In this document: in pieces, positions 11,297 through 22,508 of the stretch
Layout: the number at the start of each line of letters is the position of its first letter
Position numbering within the stretch: the first letter of the stretch is position 1
Origin: an uncultured cyanobacterium
Lineage (GTDB): Bacteria; Cyanobacteriota; Cyanobacteriia; PCC-9006; JAAUQQ01
DNA: 64,000 bases
NCBI GenBank assembly: GCA_963718615.1
Contig: OY970368.1
Span: 3,616,001 to 3,680,000 of the forward strand
Reading direction: 5' to 3'
Notes under the pieces: model-generated
Database searches by the model: none
The model's input: the letters and a program-made list of their open reading frames with translations, nothing else
What the model was told of the DNA's origin: nothing
Translations under genes and position numbers: made by a program

Positions 11297-11412
11297 GACC
11301 TAACAAGTGAGTTAGGCATCAGGGACGTTAATCAAGCGTCAAGATGCCAAGGTTCAAAGGTGGTTTGAGCATGTTCAACTGTTCAAACCATTCATTTTTA
11401 AGCAGTCGCAGA

Positions 11413-12216
11413 TTACTCTGCTGAGTTGCCTTTGCGCTTGCGTAAAATAGTCATCCCGAAGCCCAGTAACCCTGGCAGTAGTGCGGGGGTTGGGACGGCT
11501 GTCGGTGGGGGTGTTTCTTCTACAGAGATACCCGATAACAGCGAAAAGGGCGGCTGGCCAACCGGAGAGCCTGTAGCCAAGAAACTCAGCAATTGAGTGG
11601 AAGAATCGGCGGTGAACTCTAGAGTTTGTTTCTGCCAAGCACTCACAGGAGCTTGACTCGCATGATTCATCACGGTGGAGAGCTGGCTATTGCCACCGAA
11701 ACTCACATTCCATCCTGCGGTCACATCACCATTAAAGCCCTGTTGCTGCGCGGATGCCTGGAAAAAACTCACGGTATAGTTCTTCCCTGCTGTGAGACCG
11801 GTCAATTGTTGACTAATCGCAGCGGTTGGCGAAGCGGGACCATAAGCCCCATCACTCGCGAGAAACCAGCCCGATCCGTCAGCGCTATTAACAGTCTGTC
11901 CAGCGGAATAAAATGATACTGGTATGTTGCCAGGGCCTGCAAGACCTACACCATTGGGATCGGGACCGTTGCCTTCCAGATTGATATTTGTTGTGGCATT
12001 GCTGCCATCTCCAATCAAGAAGCTATAGCCGATTTGGCTTAGATCCCAGTCTGCGATAGTCTCCTGCTGGCTGCCTAGATAGGCTGACTGTGTTGTGAGA
12101 CTGTTGGTGGAAAAACCGCCATTCTTGACGAGATTAGCGGCTTGGGCAGCAGACCCAATCACGGAGAAGCCAACGACAGACAAGCCGATTACGGCTGTAT
12201 TTAATGCATTTTTCAT
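11413..12216 (-). CDS. PEP-CTERM-type (PTPA-CTERM) exosortase-sorted surface protein
   Basis: Signal peptide ..SAAQA-ANLVKNGGF; C-terminal AVPTPALLPGLLGFGMTILRKRK. Confidence 0.9.
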   Translation of the reverse strand: MKNALNTAVIGLSVVGFSVIGSAAQAANLVKNGGFSTNSLTTQSAYLGSQQETIADWDLSQIGYSFLIGDGSNATTNINLEGNGPDPNGVGLAGPGNIPVSFYSAGQTVNSADGSGWFLASDGAYGPASPTAAISQQLTGLTAGKNYTVSFFQASAQQQGFNGDVTAGWNVSFGGNSQLSTVMNHASQAPVSAWQKQTLEFTADSSTQLLSFLATGSPVGQPPFSLLSGISVEETPPPTAVPTPALLPGLLGFGMTILRKRKGNSAE

Positions 12217-12820
12217 TCTAACAAGAACTCTTGGGTTAGTGGAACATCAAGACATAAAGCCATGGCAGAGCAACCTAACGGATAAGAAGCTGATTGGTGA
12301 GTCGTACGCTGACGAGAATGACTACAATAGAGTTACCGGTCTAATTTGCTTTGCCGCAGGATTAAAAAATCCTTGAAATCGCCATGAAAATGCACCCTTC
12401 AAACTAACGGTCACACACTAAAAGAGCAATTTCAAGCAAATCTACGAATCTAAAATGGCCTAATAGACTGAGAAATTATTGTTTGAGACGAGATTTTCTC
12501 CGCAGCAAAAGTAGTGCTTGCCTGAGACAGGCTCACGAAAAATCACGAATGTCACTCAAGATCTACGTATCCTTTGTTACGTGAAGATTCTCACATTTCC
12601 TTATGTACGGTCAAGCGTTGTTTCCTTAAATTGCCAAAAAACATCAAAAACTCAATTTTCAGCGATTCTGAGTCAATTTCTAGTGATTTCTGTGAATAGT
12701 AAATGAATTTCGGCAGTTTTGTCCGGATAAAGGGAAATGCGCATCTGGTAACAATTATGTATTTATTGAGGCACGAAACCCAATCTACGTAATCTACGTA
12801 GGTTATTAAATTCACGATCC

Positions 12821-14107
12821 TTAGAAAACAAATCGGCAAGCTAGATGAGTTCCTTGAAGTGCAGCCACAAGCTGCTCCACATGGGAGCGCTGATGCTGAC
12901 TGGATAGCGCAAACCGAAGCCGTGAAGTCCCTGAGGCTACGGTCGGCGGTCGAATTGCCGTTGCCAAAATTCCTGCTGCCTCTAACTGGACCGAGAGGGC
13001 GAGGGTGGCCTCCTCAGCACCGACAATTGCCGGGACAATCTGGGAGGCTGAGCCAGCGGTGTTGTATCCCAGGGATTTAAGTTGCGATCGCAACCACTCC
13101 GCTTCCCCCTGTAAATGTGCGCGCTCAGCCCCAAGTTGCGGAAACAACGCCAAAGCCGCCATCGCCGCTCCTACAACTCCTGGTGGCAATGCCGTGGTAT
13201 AGATTACGCCGGGACAAAAATTAATCAGATAATCTCGCACCGCTATCGAGCAAGCTACAAAGGCCCCCGAGGATCCGCAGGCTTTTCCAAAGGTTCCCAC
13301 TACGATGTCGATCCCTTCCTGTTGCGCAGCCAACCCCATACCCTGGGGACCGAGGACGCCGAACCCATGGGCATCATCGAGATAGAGTAACGCCCCGTAG
13401 CGATCGCCCAACGCCACTAATGCCGATACATCCGCGCGATCGCCATCCATACTAAATACCGTCTCACTCACGATCATCACCCGGCTATAGGACTTTGTTT
13501 GCGCCGTTTTTAGCTGTCGTTCTAGGGCGTCCAAATCGTTGTGGGGATAGCGCATAAACCGGGCTTGGCTAGCTCGAATTCCTTGAATCAAGCTGTTGTG
13601 AATGAGGCGATCGCACAGCACCAGCGCATCTCCATCCAACAACGTCGGCAACACCGTGGCATTGGCCTGAAATCCCGTCCCAAACAGCAGCACCGCTTCT
13701 TTCCCGAGGGCTTGGGCGAGCTGCTCTTCTAGCTGCCGATGGATATCAAACCCCCCGGCCACCAACCGCGAAGCCGTCGCGCCGGTGCCGTAGCGTTGGG
13801 TATAGTCCACGGCCTGGGCAATCACCTGAGGGTGCTTGGCCAAGCCAAGGTAATCATTGGCACTGAAGTTGAGCAAAAGGCGAGGGACTTCGCCAGACGG
13901 GGAAGAATCACCCCCGTTACAACACTGACGTACATAAATCGAATCGATCGGTGTGAAACAGGGGAGTTGGCGACGACGATGGTGGCGATCGCGCTCAGCC
14001 AGGGCTATTTCGATAAATTGCCAGGGGTTAGCAGACTGGGGGAAAGAGGACTGGGGCATGGGGGCGATGGCAAAGCGGACTTCCCTATTTAACTCCCCGT
14101 TTAACAT
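12821..14107 (-). CDS. bioF: 8-amino-7-oxononanoate synthase
   Basis: NFSANDYLGLA, HNS, FSMDGD, DDAHG, GTFGKA (PLP lysine) and IRPPTV. Start uncertain. Confidence 0.88.
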   Translation of the reverse strand: MLNGELNREVRFAIAPMPQSSFPQSANPWQFIEIALAERDRHHRRRQLPCFTPIDSIYVRQCCNGGDSSPSGEVPRLLLNFSANDYLGLAKHPQVIAQAVDYTQRYGTGATASRLVAGGFDIHRQLEEQLAQALGKEAVLLFGTGFQANATVLPTLLDGDALVLCDRLIHNSLIQGIRASQARFMRYPHNDLDALERQLKTAQTKSYSRVMIVSETVFSMDGDRADVSALVALGDRYGALLYLDDAHGFGVLGPQGMGLAAQQEGIDIVVGTFGKACGSSGAFVACSIAVRDYLINFCPGVIYTTALPPGVVGAAMAALALFPQLGAERAHLQGEAEWLRSQLKSLGYNTAGSASQIVPAIVGAEEATLALSVQLEAAGILATAIRPPTVASGTSRLRFALSSQHQRSHVEQLVAALQGTHLACRFVF

Positions 14108-14129
14108 CCCGCATTCATCGTTTTGATCG

Positions 14130-15437
14130 TTATTTGACGCTCAAATTTACATAGGGACCGCTGGACTGAGCATCCTGAAACAATCGATAGCGGGTTTGGC
14201 CGAAGGCATAGCCCGCCGAGAGCCGCAGCGATGAGTTGAGATGATACCCCACTTCCATCGTTGCGCCTAAACCACTGTTGTTGTCACGTTGACCTTGGTG
14301 CTGCGATTGCTGAACCCAGCGCAGATCGCCGTGCAGATCCAGGCGATTGGGAAATACATGGGTCAAACCCGCCTGACCCAACACGGCATGGCCTTGGTCA
14401 GATTGATGCAGGGCCAGTTGGCTAGAAACCTGCCAGCGCCAATGGGGTTCATAGATAGCGTTGGCCTTGAGGAGGTGGGCGCGGTTTTCGTTGTGGCGAT
14501 CGCGATCGCGGTATTCATATACCAACTGTCCCGAAACCGGTTTTTGGGCTGGGGCATAATTAAGCGCGATCTGCACTCGGCTGCGGGGATCCTGCTCGCT
14601 TTCCCGGCGATATTGTCCCTGAATCTGAAGCTTGACGTCAGAGGTAATCGGTCCTCCAAGGCGCGCCAAGGCTTTGGTGCGATAGTCGTCGCCCTGTCCG
14701 GTGCGGTGTTCGAGCTGAACCTCGGTTTTCCACTGAGGCCGCAGTTGGTATTGCAGTGCCGCCACAAATTTATCTCCTGAAGCGCTGTCCAAGCTCGGCA
14801 ATTTGCGTTGCAGCACCCCACCAAAAATTCGCTCATAGCTCATTTCCACATCCAGCCTCGGCATCGGTTGCCAACGCTGCTTCAGCCCAACCGCAACCTG
14901 CTCAGTCCAAGCCGTCCCTGAAGTCAGCCGCTGGCCATCCGCTAGGGTATTGAAATCCCAGTCCTCGTCCTCCGCTGGCATCCACTGGTAACGTCCGACG
15001 ATCTGCGTTTTCCCGTTCGCTTGAAGCGGCACCTGAAATTGCCAAGGCGTCAAAGACCGAGAATCCACCCCAGTAGGGACGAACGGCAGTTCGTCCGGCT
15101 GCCTGTTCGAGCTGAATTCCTCCGGCTCCAGTTTTTCCGCCGTGGGCTTACCAGGCTGCCCTTCATCCCGTTGCAATGCTTCAGCCTCAGACCACTCGGG
15201 CAAGACCACCACCGAAGCTTCAGGCGGTGTCGGAATCGCGCCCAACGCCAAATCCTGCACCGCCTGCTGAAACGGCAAGTCCTCGTTCACCGTTTCCACC
15301 GTCTCGATCGTCGACTTCAGCTCCGCACCCCCATAGCTTTCCTCTTGACTCCTTGCCACCCCATAATCGCCCCAAGCCCCAACCAGCGTCAGTGGAACTG
15401 TGAGAGCAGTACGCAGCGGAGAGCGAGCAAAAACCAT
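14130..15437 (-). CDS. Putative outer-membrane beta-barrel protein
   Basis: N-terminal signal-like segment, acidic linker, then alternating amphipathic beta-strands ending in EVGYHLNSSLRLSAGYAFG..GPYVNLSVK. Confidence 0.6.
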   Translation of the reverse strand: MVFARSPLRTALTVPLTLVGAWGDYGVARSQEESYGGAELKSTIETVETVNEDLPFQQAVQDLALGAIPTPPEASVVVLPEWSEAEALQRDEGQPGKPTAEKLEPEEFSSNRQPDELPFVPTGVDSRSLTPWQFQVPLQANGKTQIVGRYQWMPAEDEDWDFNTLADGQRLTSGTAWTEQVAVGLKQRWQPMPRLDVEMSYERIFGGVLQRKLPSLDSASGDKFVAALQYQLRPQWKTEVQLEHRTGQGDDYRTKALARLGGPITSDVKLQIQGQYRRESEQDPRSRVQIALNYAPAQKPVSGQLVYEYRDRDRHNENRAHLLKANAIYEPHWRWQVSSQLALHQSDQGHAVLGQAGLTHVFPNRLDLHGDLRWVQQSQHQGQRDNNSGLGATMEVGYHLNSSLRLSAGYAFGQTRYRLFQDAQSSGPYVNLSVK

Positions 15438-15581
15438 AGTCGGCGGCTACGTATAACACGTATAACATCTGACTAAGTTATTACTTTCGTGCCGCAAGCA
15501 TTCCGGACAGAAAAATGGCAAAACCTCCCGACATACGCCAGAAGGTTAATTCTTTTATGCGACATTTTGGGTAGGGGGAGG

Positions 15582-16073
15582 CTAGGCAGCTCGTCGCTCT
15601 CGGCGGCTGAGGCCGTGAAGCTGAGGCGGGGGAGAAAAATCAGAGGTCGCTTCCAACAGCCGAGGAATTTCACCGCTGTTATACACTCGAAACTCACTTT
15701 CGACCGTCGCCTCAGCAGTTCGCACCGCTTGATTGATCACCAGGGAGCCCTTGGGGTCAGAAACCGAGCGATGGAACGTTCCCGGCGGAATCCGCAAAAT
15801 ATCGCCATTAGCCTCTAGGCGAACAATGTGAAAAGGCACGTCCCAGGACAAATTCACCAGATAAAACGTCCGTCCCCCACTCAGGGCCAGCAGGTTGTCT
15901 TCCTGATTGGGGTGTAGATAAAACTGCCAATGGCCGGTCTTGGAATTATTGGGGCTGACTGCTGGGCCGTCGTGATAAACCAAATCCCTCGCATTCGAAT
16001 TGGGGATTGTAATATCAAAAAATCGAACGTTGGGGGTATCTCTAAATTTTTCGTAGGAAATGAGTTCAAACAT
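15582..16073 (-). CDS. Cupin-fold protein (RmlC-like cyanobacterial family)
   Basis: FRDTPNVRFFDI, QFYLHPNQEDNL and LRIPPGTFHRS cupin motifs. Confidence 0.8.
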   Translation of the reverse strand: MFELISYEKFRDTPNVRFFDITIPNSNARDLVYHDGPAVSPNNSKTGHWQFYLHPNQEDNLLALSGGRTFYLVNLSWDVPFHIVRLEANGDILRIPPGTFHRSVSDPKGSLVINQAVRTAEATVESEFRVYNSGEIPRLLEATSDFSPPPQLHGLSRRERRAA

Positions 16074-16181
16074 AGAGAGGTCCTGGAAATGCAGTGGGGA
16101 GAGCAAACTTGCTCATGGATTTGATGGGTGTCTACACAAATTAGCTCGGGCATTCTTGACAAACAACACAGATTACGGTCC

Positions 16182-16208
16182 ACATCCATGCGAAACTTGG
16201 ATGGATGT
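16182..16208. promoter_or_regulatory. LysR-type operator (T-N11-A inside an inverted repeat)
   Basis: ACATCCAT-N11-ATGGATGT overlaps the LysR start, between the divergent cupin and LysR genes. Confidence 0.65.
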
Positions 16209-17152
16209 CATCCATGAACATTTACCACCTGCATATTTTCTTAGCTGTGGTCGAGCACAAGAGTTTTTCCATGGCAGCGGATGTTTTGCAGATTTCCCAG
16301 TCGGCGGTGAGTCGGGCGATCGCCGCCCTAGAAGAAGAACTCAATGTCTCGCTGCTCTCCCGAGGACGCTTTGGAGCCTACCTCACCCCCATGGGAGAGC
16401 GAATTTTGCCTATGGCTCAGCAGGTTTTGCAGGCGCGCGATCGCATGGATGCGGAAATTAACCGGGAAAAAAGCCTCTATGGAGGTCGGGTGCGGGTGGC
16501 TTCCTTCCGCAGTGCCGCGACCCATGTGCTACCGCCGCTGATTGCTCAGTTTCGTCGGGCTTTTCCGCTGGTGGATGTGTCGCTCCTGGAGGACGATCCC
16601 ACGGATATTGAGCAGGCCCTGCGGGAAGGCAAGGTGGATATTGGCATTATTCCGCTGCCCCGTCCGGCAGAGGATTTAGAAACCTGGGAAATTGCGCGGG
16701 ATGAATATGTGCTGCTCTTGCCGCCATCGATGGTGCAGACGCCCCAGCATCCCACCTGGGAAGATATCGAAAACTGCGATTTTATTTTGCTCAACTATGC
16801 AGAATGCACCTCGGCAGTGCGAGAGCATTGGGCCAAGTGGGGGCGGACAATCAAGGAATCTCACGGGATTCGCGGCGATTCGACGATTGTCAGCATGGTG
16901 TCCCAGGATCTCGGCGCAGCGATTTTGCCCAGGCTTGCCGCCATGCCCATTCCCGAGGGGGTCCAAGTGCGTCGTTTACCCATCACCCTAGAGCGCAGTA
17001 TCGGAGCGGCAATCTTTAGCAATGTCCTCCACTCCCCCGCCGTCTTTTTATTTCTCGATTTGCTCCGGGGCACCGGCCAATTTGCCCACCGCCAGCTCGA
17101 CCAGTCCTTGCCCCTGTCCACGTTAAACCGCAGCCAAGACTTCGAAAAATAA
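16205..17152 (+). CDS. LysR-family transcriptional regulator
   Basis: HTH FLAVVEHKSFSMAADVLQISQSAVSRAIAALEEEL plus a substrate-binding domain. Confidence 0.95.
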   Translation: MSSMNIYHLHIFLAVVEHKSFSMAADVLQISQSAVSRAIAALEEELNVSLLSRGRFGAYLTPMGERILPMAQQVLQARDRMDAEINREKSLYGGRVRVASFRSAATHVLPPLIAQFRRAFPLVDVSLLEDDPTDIEQALREGKVDIGIIPLPRPAEDLETWEIARDEYVLLLPPSMVQTPQHPTWEDIENCDFILLNYAECTSAVREHWAKWGRTIKESHGIRGDSTIVSMVSQDLGAAILPRLAAMPIPEGVQVRRLPITLERSIGAAIFSNVLHSPAVFLFLDLLRGTGQFAHRQLDQSLPLSTLNRSQDFEK

Positions 17153-17190
17153 TCTGGAGAGGGGCGCATCCCAAAGCAACCCAAGGCAGC

Positions 17191-17583
17191 CTAAGACATT
17201 CGGCGAGCCAGCAACTGCTCCTCCAAAGCTGCAATCCGACTATAGGCAGCCGTAAGCTGTGCCGTGAGCCGCTGTACCTGAATTTCTGGCGCTAGGGCTC
17301 GGACTTCCGCCGATGAATCGCTATTGAACTCACCATCATCTTCTAAAATATCCTTATGGTGATGGCCATTGCTATCTCGCAAAAGCGCATGGGAGCGAAA
17401 ACGATGCTCAAAATTGCCCGTCACCCCATTTAACGCCGCAGATTCCAGTCCATTGCTCTTTTTCTTGAGATCACTCAGGCTCGTCACCACTTCACCCATG
17501 GAGAGCGTGAGGCGATCGACCGCTTCGGAGATCGCATTGAGTTTGCTCTCAACGGCCTCAATTTTAATTTGTTCTGAACTCAT
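17191..17583 (-). CDS. Conserved cyanobacterial coiled-coil protein
   Basis: HKDILED and C-terminal PEIQVQRLTAQLTAAYSRIAALEEQLL. Confidence 0.75.
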   Translation of the reverse strand: MSSEQIKIEAVESKLNAISEAVDRLTLSMGEVVTSLSDLKKKSNGLESAALNGVTGNFEHRFRSHALLRDSNGHHHKDILEDDGEFNSDSSAEVRALAPEIQVQRLTAQLTAAYSRIAALEEQLLARRMS

Positions 17584-18455
17584 TGGAATCTCCCTTTAAA
17601 GCTTCGGCAAGTGACCCAGTGGCCTGAGCCTGACGCATTTCCGTCGACTAATTCAATTCGCTAAATCTTTTCGCTAAATCTTAATGATTCGCTGGATTGG
17701 CACTTTCGAGTCAGTGATCCCAAAAGAGTGACCCTAAGAGAGTGATCCCAAGATAAACGGCTGCTGCAACTTGAAGAGGATTGGCTACGCAACCGTTGCC
17801 AGATCCCAAACCTCACCGAACACCAGCATCGACCTCATCGTCACTCCTCTCGTTGTTCCGCCTTACCAACGTCGTTACGAAAGATCGTCACGAAATACCA
17901 GTCAATTTAATCCGCTCCAAGTGCACTGTCATCATGCTAAACAGCAGTTCTTCAGCCTTACCAATACTTACGAATCATTTAACGTTTCTGGGTAAATCGC
18001 CCCAAGTTTCATTGCGTTTTCTTAAGGAATTGATGCAATGTCAGAAAATTTTGAGCGCCAGGGATGCTTAAATTTTCCTAAACTCTCCGTGAATCCCAGG
18101 AGAAAGGTTGTGAGAGCCCTATTTAGAATCAGTGAGATTCACCAGATTTTACGGAGTACCTCAAGGGAGACCCAAGGAAATCCGCTCAAAAATTCAGAAA
18201 ATTTTCGCTTTTATCTCCTTTACAGAGGGGTTTTTATGATCGTGCTTCGGTGATCCAGCGCAGATACAAGTTGTCCATTTCTCCCTACAATAAATATTCT
18301 CTCCTTGAAATCCCTGCCCCAGTGGCCCCTAGTGGCTCAGGCATGGCCTCAGTCACCGCATTCCTGCGGAGATTGGGTTAGGGCAGATCAACCTCACTCA
18401 GGGCTCACAGCAATCGGAACGCGACTTAGGAACTACTATTGTTCACGGCTGCAAG

Positions 18456-20435
18456 ATGACGGAGTGGCTTGAATCTTTTAATTTCGATAACTCACCGCTG
18501 TTTCGCCTAGGACAGTGGTCCTTGCGACTATGGGATCCCTTGACGGAGTCTACCCCCTTGGGGTTCAACAGGGCCGGGGGAACCGTTAACCAGACCTATG
18601 CGGGGCCCCCGGTGTTCCCGATGCAATCGATGGCTTTGTTGAATACGGGCTTGGGTTCGGATGGGGGCAGTGGTCAGGCGGCTGATTTGTCGCCAGAGTT
18701 TTTGGGGCAGATTGCGAGACTTTTGCCCCAAATCCTCTATGTGCGAGATTATCAAGCCGAGACCGCGATACCGGTTACCCATTATTTGCAAGATTCGCTG
18801 CTGGATCGCTTGGGTGTAGTCGCAACGACAGAACCTAGGCCCGTCCTGGGGATTTTCCATGGTGTGGAATGGGACTTGCGTTTGCACCCGGCGGATCGGG
18901 ATCGCTGTGATCAGCATTGTCGGCAGATGGCGGCGATCGCCCAGACGAAACAAGCGTCCCCACCTTTGCAGCTAGATTGTCGTCTGCTCCATGCCCAAGG
19001 TGATTGGCGATGGTTTCGTTTTCGGGAAACGGTAATCGGGGCAATGCCCAGCGGCACCGGCAGTCGGGTGGTCGGTACCGTTGAGGATGTGACGGACCAA
19101 TATCAGGCCCAAAATCAGCTTTATCAGGCCCATTATTTTGATGGGTTGACGGGGTTGCCTAATCGGGATTTGCTCTTGCAGCGTTTGACGACTCAGCTAG
19201 AGGCCCATTCAGCCCAGAGGGAGGGGGGAGAAACCTTTGCGCTCTTGCTGATCGATATTGACGAATTTCGGACGATCAATAATCGTTTTGGCCATGAGAC
19301 GGGCGATCGCCTCCTCCAGGCCATGGGGCAGCGCATCCAGCCGCTGCTGCGTCCGTCCGATTGTCTGAGCCGTTGGAATAGTGATGTCTTGGCGGTGATG
19401 TTGACGGCTTTGCCTAGCGGTAAGGCGGCTCAGGATTGGATGTATCGCCTCCAGGAACAATTACGATCGCCCTTTCGGCTGGGCGATCGCACCCTGGTAG
19501 CCACGGCCTGCATGGGGCTGGTCACGGGGCAATCGGCCCCGGCTCCCCTGACTCCCGCCACCTTGGTGCAGTACGCCGAGGAAGCGCTAGAACAGGCAAA
19601 AACAGAGGGCGATGGTCGCTGTCGGTGTTTTGACCCGGCTCATCATCAAGCCTTGATGCAGCGGTTGGTGATGGAGGCGGGGCTGCGTCGGGCGATCGCC
19701 AAGCATGAGTTGGTGTTGCACTATCAGCCCATTGTCAATTTGGGGAATGGACGGCTAGAGGGATTCGAGGCTCTAGTACGCTGGCAGCATCCAGAGCAGG
19801 GTCTAATTTTCCCAACGGAATTTATTCCGCTGGCGGAGGAGACCGGGCTGATTTTGCCCTTAGGGCAGTGGGTGTTGCAGCAGGCTTGTGCCCAGTTACG
19901 GGAGTGGCAAAGCCATTGGCCTGGAGCAAAGAATTTGATTATGAGTGTCAATTTGTCTCCCCGCCAACTCCACCAGCTCAATCTCGTAACTCAAGTGGAA
20001 CAGGTTCTGCAGCAGACGGGCCTGACCCCCAAGAATCTCCGGTTAGAACTGACGGAAACGATGCTGATGGCGGATATTCCCCAAGGCCGAGCGGTGCTCA
20101 AGGCGCTGCGCCAACGCCAGATCGGGATTAGTATGGATGACTTTGGCACCGGGTATTCGTCGCTGAGTTATCTCGATCGTCTGCCGGTGAATACGCTCAA
20201 GATCGACCGTTCGTTTATCCAGCGCATGGGCAAACGGGGAGAGCGGGGCGAAATTGTTCGGGCGATCGTGGCGATGGCGCAAAGTTTGGGGCTAGATACC
20301 GTCGCCGAGGGCATTGCCACACCGCAGCAGTTGGCCTATTTGCGATCGATCGGATGCGACAAGGCCCAGGGGAGCTATTTTGCCATGGCCTTACCGGCAT
20401 CCCAAGCTGCTGCCTGGATTACCCAAGCCGCCTAG
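18456..20435 (+). CDS. PAS-GGDEF(degenerate)-EAL c-di-GMP phosphodiesterase
   Basis: PAS/PAC (LHPAD..GDWRW), [14 protein letters not shown] in place of GGDEF, EALVRW, ELTE and [10 protein letters not shown]. Start uncertain. Confidence 0.9.
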   Translation: MTEWLESFNFDNSPLFRLGQWSLRLWDPLTESTPLGFNRAGGTVNQTYAGPPVFPMQSMALLNTGLGSDGGSGQAADLSPEFLGQIARLLPQILYVRDYQAETAIPVTHYLQDSLLDRLGVVATTEPRPVLGIFHGVEWDLRLHPADRDRCDQHCRQMAAIAQTKQASPPLQLDCRLLHAQGDWRWFRFRETVIGAMPSGTGSRVVGTVEDVTDQYQAQNQLYQAHYFDGLTGLPNRDLLLQRLTTQLEAHSAQREGGETFALLLIDIDEFRTINNRFGHETGDRLLQAMGQRIQPLLRPSDCLSRWNSDVLAVMLTALPSGKAAQDWMYRLQEQLRSPFRLGDRTLVATACMGLVTGQSAPAPLTPATLVQYAEEALEQAKTEGDGRCRCFDPAHHQALMQRLVMEAGLRRAIAKHELVLHYQPIVNLGNGRLEGFEALVRWQHPEQGLIFPTEFIPLAEETGLILPLGQWVLQQACAQLREWQSHWPGAKNLIMSVNLSPRQLHQLNLVTQVEQVLQQTGLTPKNLRLELTETMLMADIPQGRAVLKALRQRQIGISMDDFGTGYSSLSYLDRLPVNTLKIDRSFIQRMGKRGERGEIVRAIVAMAQSLGLDTVAEGIATPQQLAYLRSIGCDKAQGSYFAMALPASQAAAWITQAA

Positions 20436-20579
20436 GGCTGGGTAGGAAGGCCATGGCCAAAAGACAATCATCAAGATCAATCAAGCTAGAAAGAGAAACA
20501 GTAAAGATAAAAAAGACAGGTCGCAAAACCTGTCTTTCAAATTCCAATGGGCTGATTATGGTATAGCTTGTTTCTAAGG

Positions 20580-22337
20580 TCAGTCGGCTACATCCGGAAG
20601 TCCTAACATTTCGGCGTTAGATTTGCCCGGTGCGACCATGGGATAGCAGTTTTCGTCCCGTTTGACATGGACATCGAGCAGGACTGGACCGTCGTGGGCA
20701 AGCATTTCGGCGATCGCCCCTTCGAGCTGCGATCGCTCTGTCACCACCATCCCCTTCACCCCAAAGCCTTCTGCCAGTTTGACAAAATCGGGCATTCCCG
20801 GCTGCATATTCGACGACGAATAGCGCTCCCCATAAAATGCCTCCTGCCACTGGCGCACCATGCCCTGCCAGCCGTTGTTGACAATCACCACCTTGGCCTT
20901 GATGTGGTACTGGGCGAGGGTGGCAAGCTCTTGAATATTCATCAAAATGCTGGCGTCTCCGGCCACGCAAATCACCTGCTCATCGGGTAAGGCGACCTGA
21001 ACGCCGAGGGCAGCAGGCATACCGAATCCCATGGTCCCGAGACCGGCGCTGGAGATCCAGCGGCGCGGGCCGTTTTTGAGAAACTGAGCTGCCCACATTT
21101 GGTGCTGGCCCACATCGGTGGTGTAGTAGGCGTCGGGGGCCTGTTGGGCCAGGGCGTGGATGACTTCCTGGGGGGCGATGCTGTCGGGATAGCTGGGTAC
21201 CACGAGGGGGTATTTGGTCTTCCAGGTCTGGATGCGATCGCGCCAAGCCTGGGTCTTGGACCCCTCAACAACACCATTCAGTTCCCGCACCCGCTGGAGC
21301 AGATCCACCAAGACATTGCGCACATCGCCAACAATGGGCACCTCAGGTTTGCGATTTTTGCCCACTTCCGCCGGATCAATGTCAATGTGAATGACTTTGG
21401 CTTTTGAGGCAAAGGCATCGAGTTTGCCGGTTACCCGGTCATCAAACCGAGCGCCTACGGCGATCAGCAGATCGCACTCGCTCACGGCAAAGTTGGCGTA
21501 GGCGGTGCCATGCATACCCAACATGCCCACGGCTAAGGGATGCTTTTCGTCAAAACAGCCTTTACCCATCAGCGTCGTAGTGACGGGGATCTGGAACATT
21601 TCTGCTAATTCTTTGACCTCTTCGTGGGCTCCAGCGGCGATCGCTCCACCTCCCACATAGAGCAGCGGACGCTCCGCCCCCTGCAATAATTGAATCGCCT
21701 GCTGAATTTGCCGAGGATTGCCCTTGACCGTTGGCTTATATCCCAGAATATGAACCTCGCCCGGTTCAATGGGCTCGTAGTCAAACTCTTCAAGACCCAC
21801 ATCCTTGGGCACATCGATCAAAACCGGACCGGGCCGACCCGTGCGGGCAATGTAGAAGGCTTCGGCCACAATCCGAGCCATATCGCGGGGATCGCGCACG
21901 ACGTAAGAATGTTTGACGATGGGCAGCGTAATGCCAAAAATATCCGTTTCCTGGAAGGCATCGGTCCCGATGTAATTGCGGGCAACCTGCCCTGTAATCA
22001 CGACCATGGGGATCGAGTCCATCTGAGCGGTAGCGATGCCCGTCACAAGATTAGTCGCACCGGGACCAGAAGTGCCAAAGCAAACCCCCACCTGCCCCGT
22101 AGCACGGGAGTAGGCATCGGCGGCGTGGCTGCCTCCCTGCTCATGGCGGACGAGAATATGCTGAATGCCTCCCACCGCTTCAGCTTCGTAAAGCGCATCG
22201 TAAATGGGTAGGATGGCACCACCGGGATAGCCAAAGATATGTTGAACACCGTGACGTTTGAGACTATCGATGAGCGCATAGGCTCCGGTGACGCGCTGCG
22301 TCTGCACGGCTTCTGAGGTTTCGAGGGGAGACCGCAT
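20580..22337 (-). CDS. ilvB: Acetolactate synthase large subunit
   Basis: [27 protein letters not shown] and the GDAS..NN ThDP-binding motif. Confidence 0.97.
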   Translation of the reverse strand: MRSPLETSEAVQTQRVTGAYALIDSLKRHGVQHIFGYPGGAILPIYDALYEAEAVGGIQHILVRHEQGGSHAADAYSRATGQVGVCFGTSGPGATNLVTGIATAQMDSIPMVVITGQVARNYIGTDAFQETDIFGITLPIVKHSYVVRDPRDMARIVAEAFYIARTGRPGPVLIDVPKDVGLEEFDYEPIEPGEVHILGYKPTVKGNPRQIQQAIQLLQGAERPLLYVGGGAIAAGAHEEVKELAEMFQIPVTTTLMGKGCFDEKHPLAVGMLGMHGTAYANFAVSECDLLIAVGARFDDRVTGKLDAFASKAKVIHIDIDPAEVGKNRKPEVPIVGDVRNVLVDLLQRVRELNGVVEGSKTQAWRDRIQTWKTKYPLVVPSYPDSIAPQEVIHALAQQAPDAYYTTDVGQHQMWAAQFLKNGPRRWISSAGLGTMGFGMPAALGVQVALPDEQVICVAGDASILMNIQELATLAQYHIKAKVVIVNNGWQGMVRQWQEAFYGERYSSSNMQPGMPDFVKLAEGFGVKGMVVTERSQLEGAIAEMLAHDGPVLLDVHVKRDENCYPMVAPGKSNAEMLGLPDVAD

Positions 22338-22508
22338 GGCAGGTTACCAAGGGGAATGGACAGATTAGAAAAAGCTTACTCGGAAAAGCTTACAGACAGA
22401 CTGGGGCAGTTGGCATGAGGGTCATAGAGCCAGAACTGTATTCCAGAATGCAATTGTCCTATTCTGACACCCTTATTCCAGGAGAAGCTAGCCGTGATGA
22501 CGAAAAAG

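Noticed and set aside
12388-12398. Complement of the sRNA 5' end in the PTPA-CTERM upstream region
   Set aside because: A 9-nt exact match is expected by chance about once in a window of this size, and it lies about 170 nt from the start codon.
12821-14107. Serine palmitoyltransferase / sphingolipid cluster with the nearby desaturase
   Set aside because: The motifs (GTFGKA, SRLVAG, IRPPTV) fit BioF, and there is no ACP or ceramide synthase nearby.
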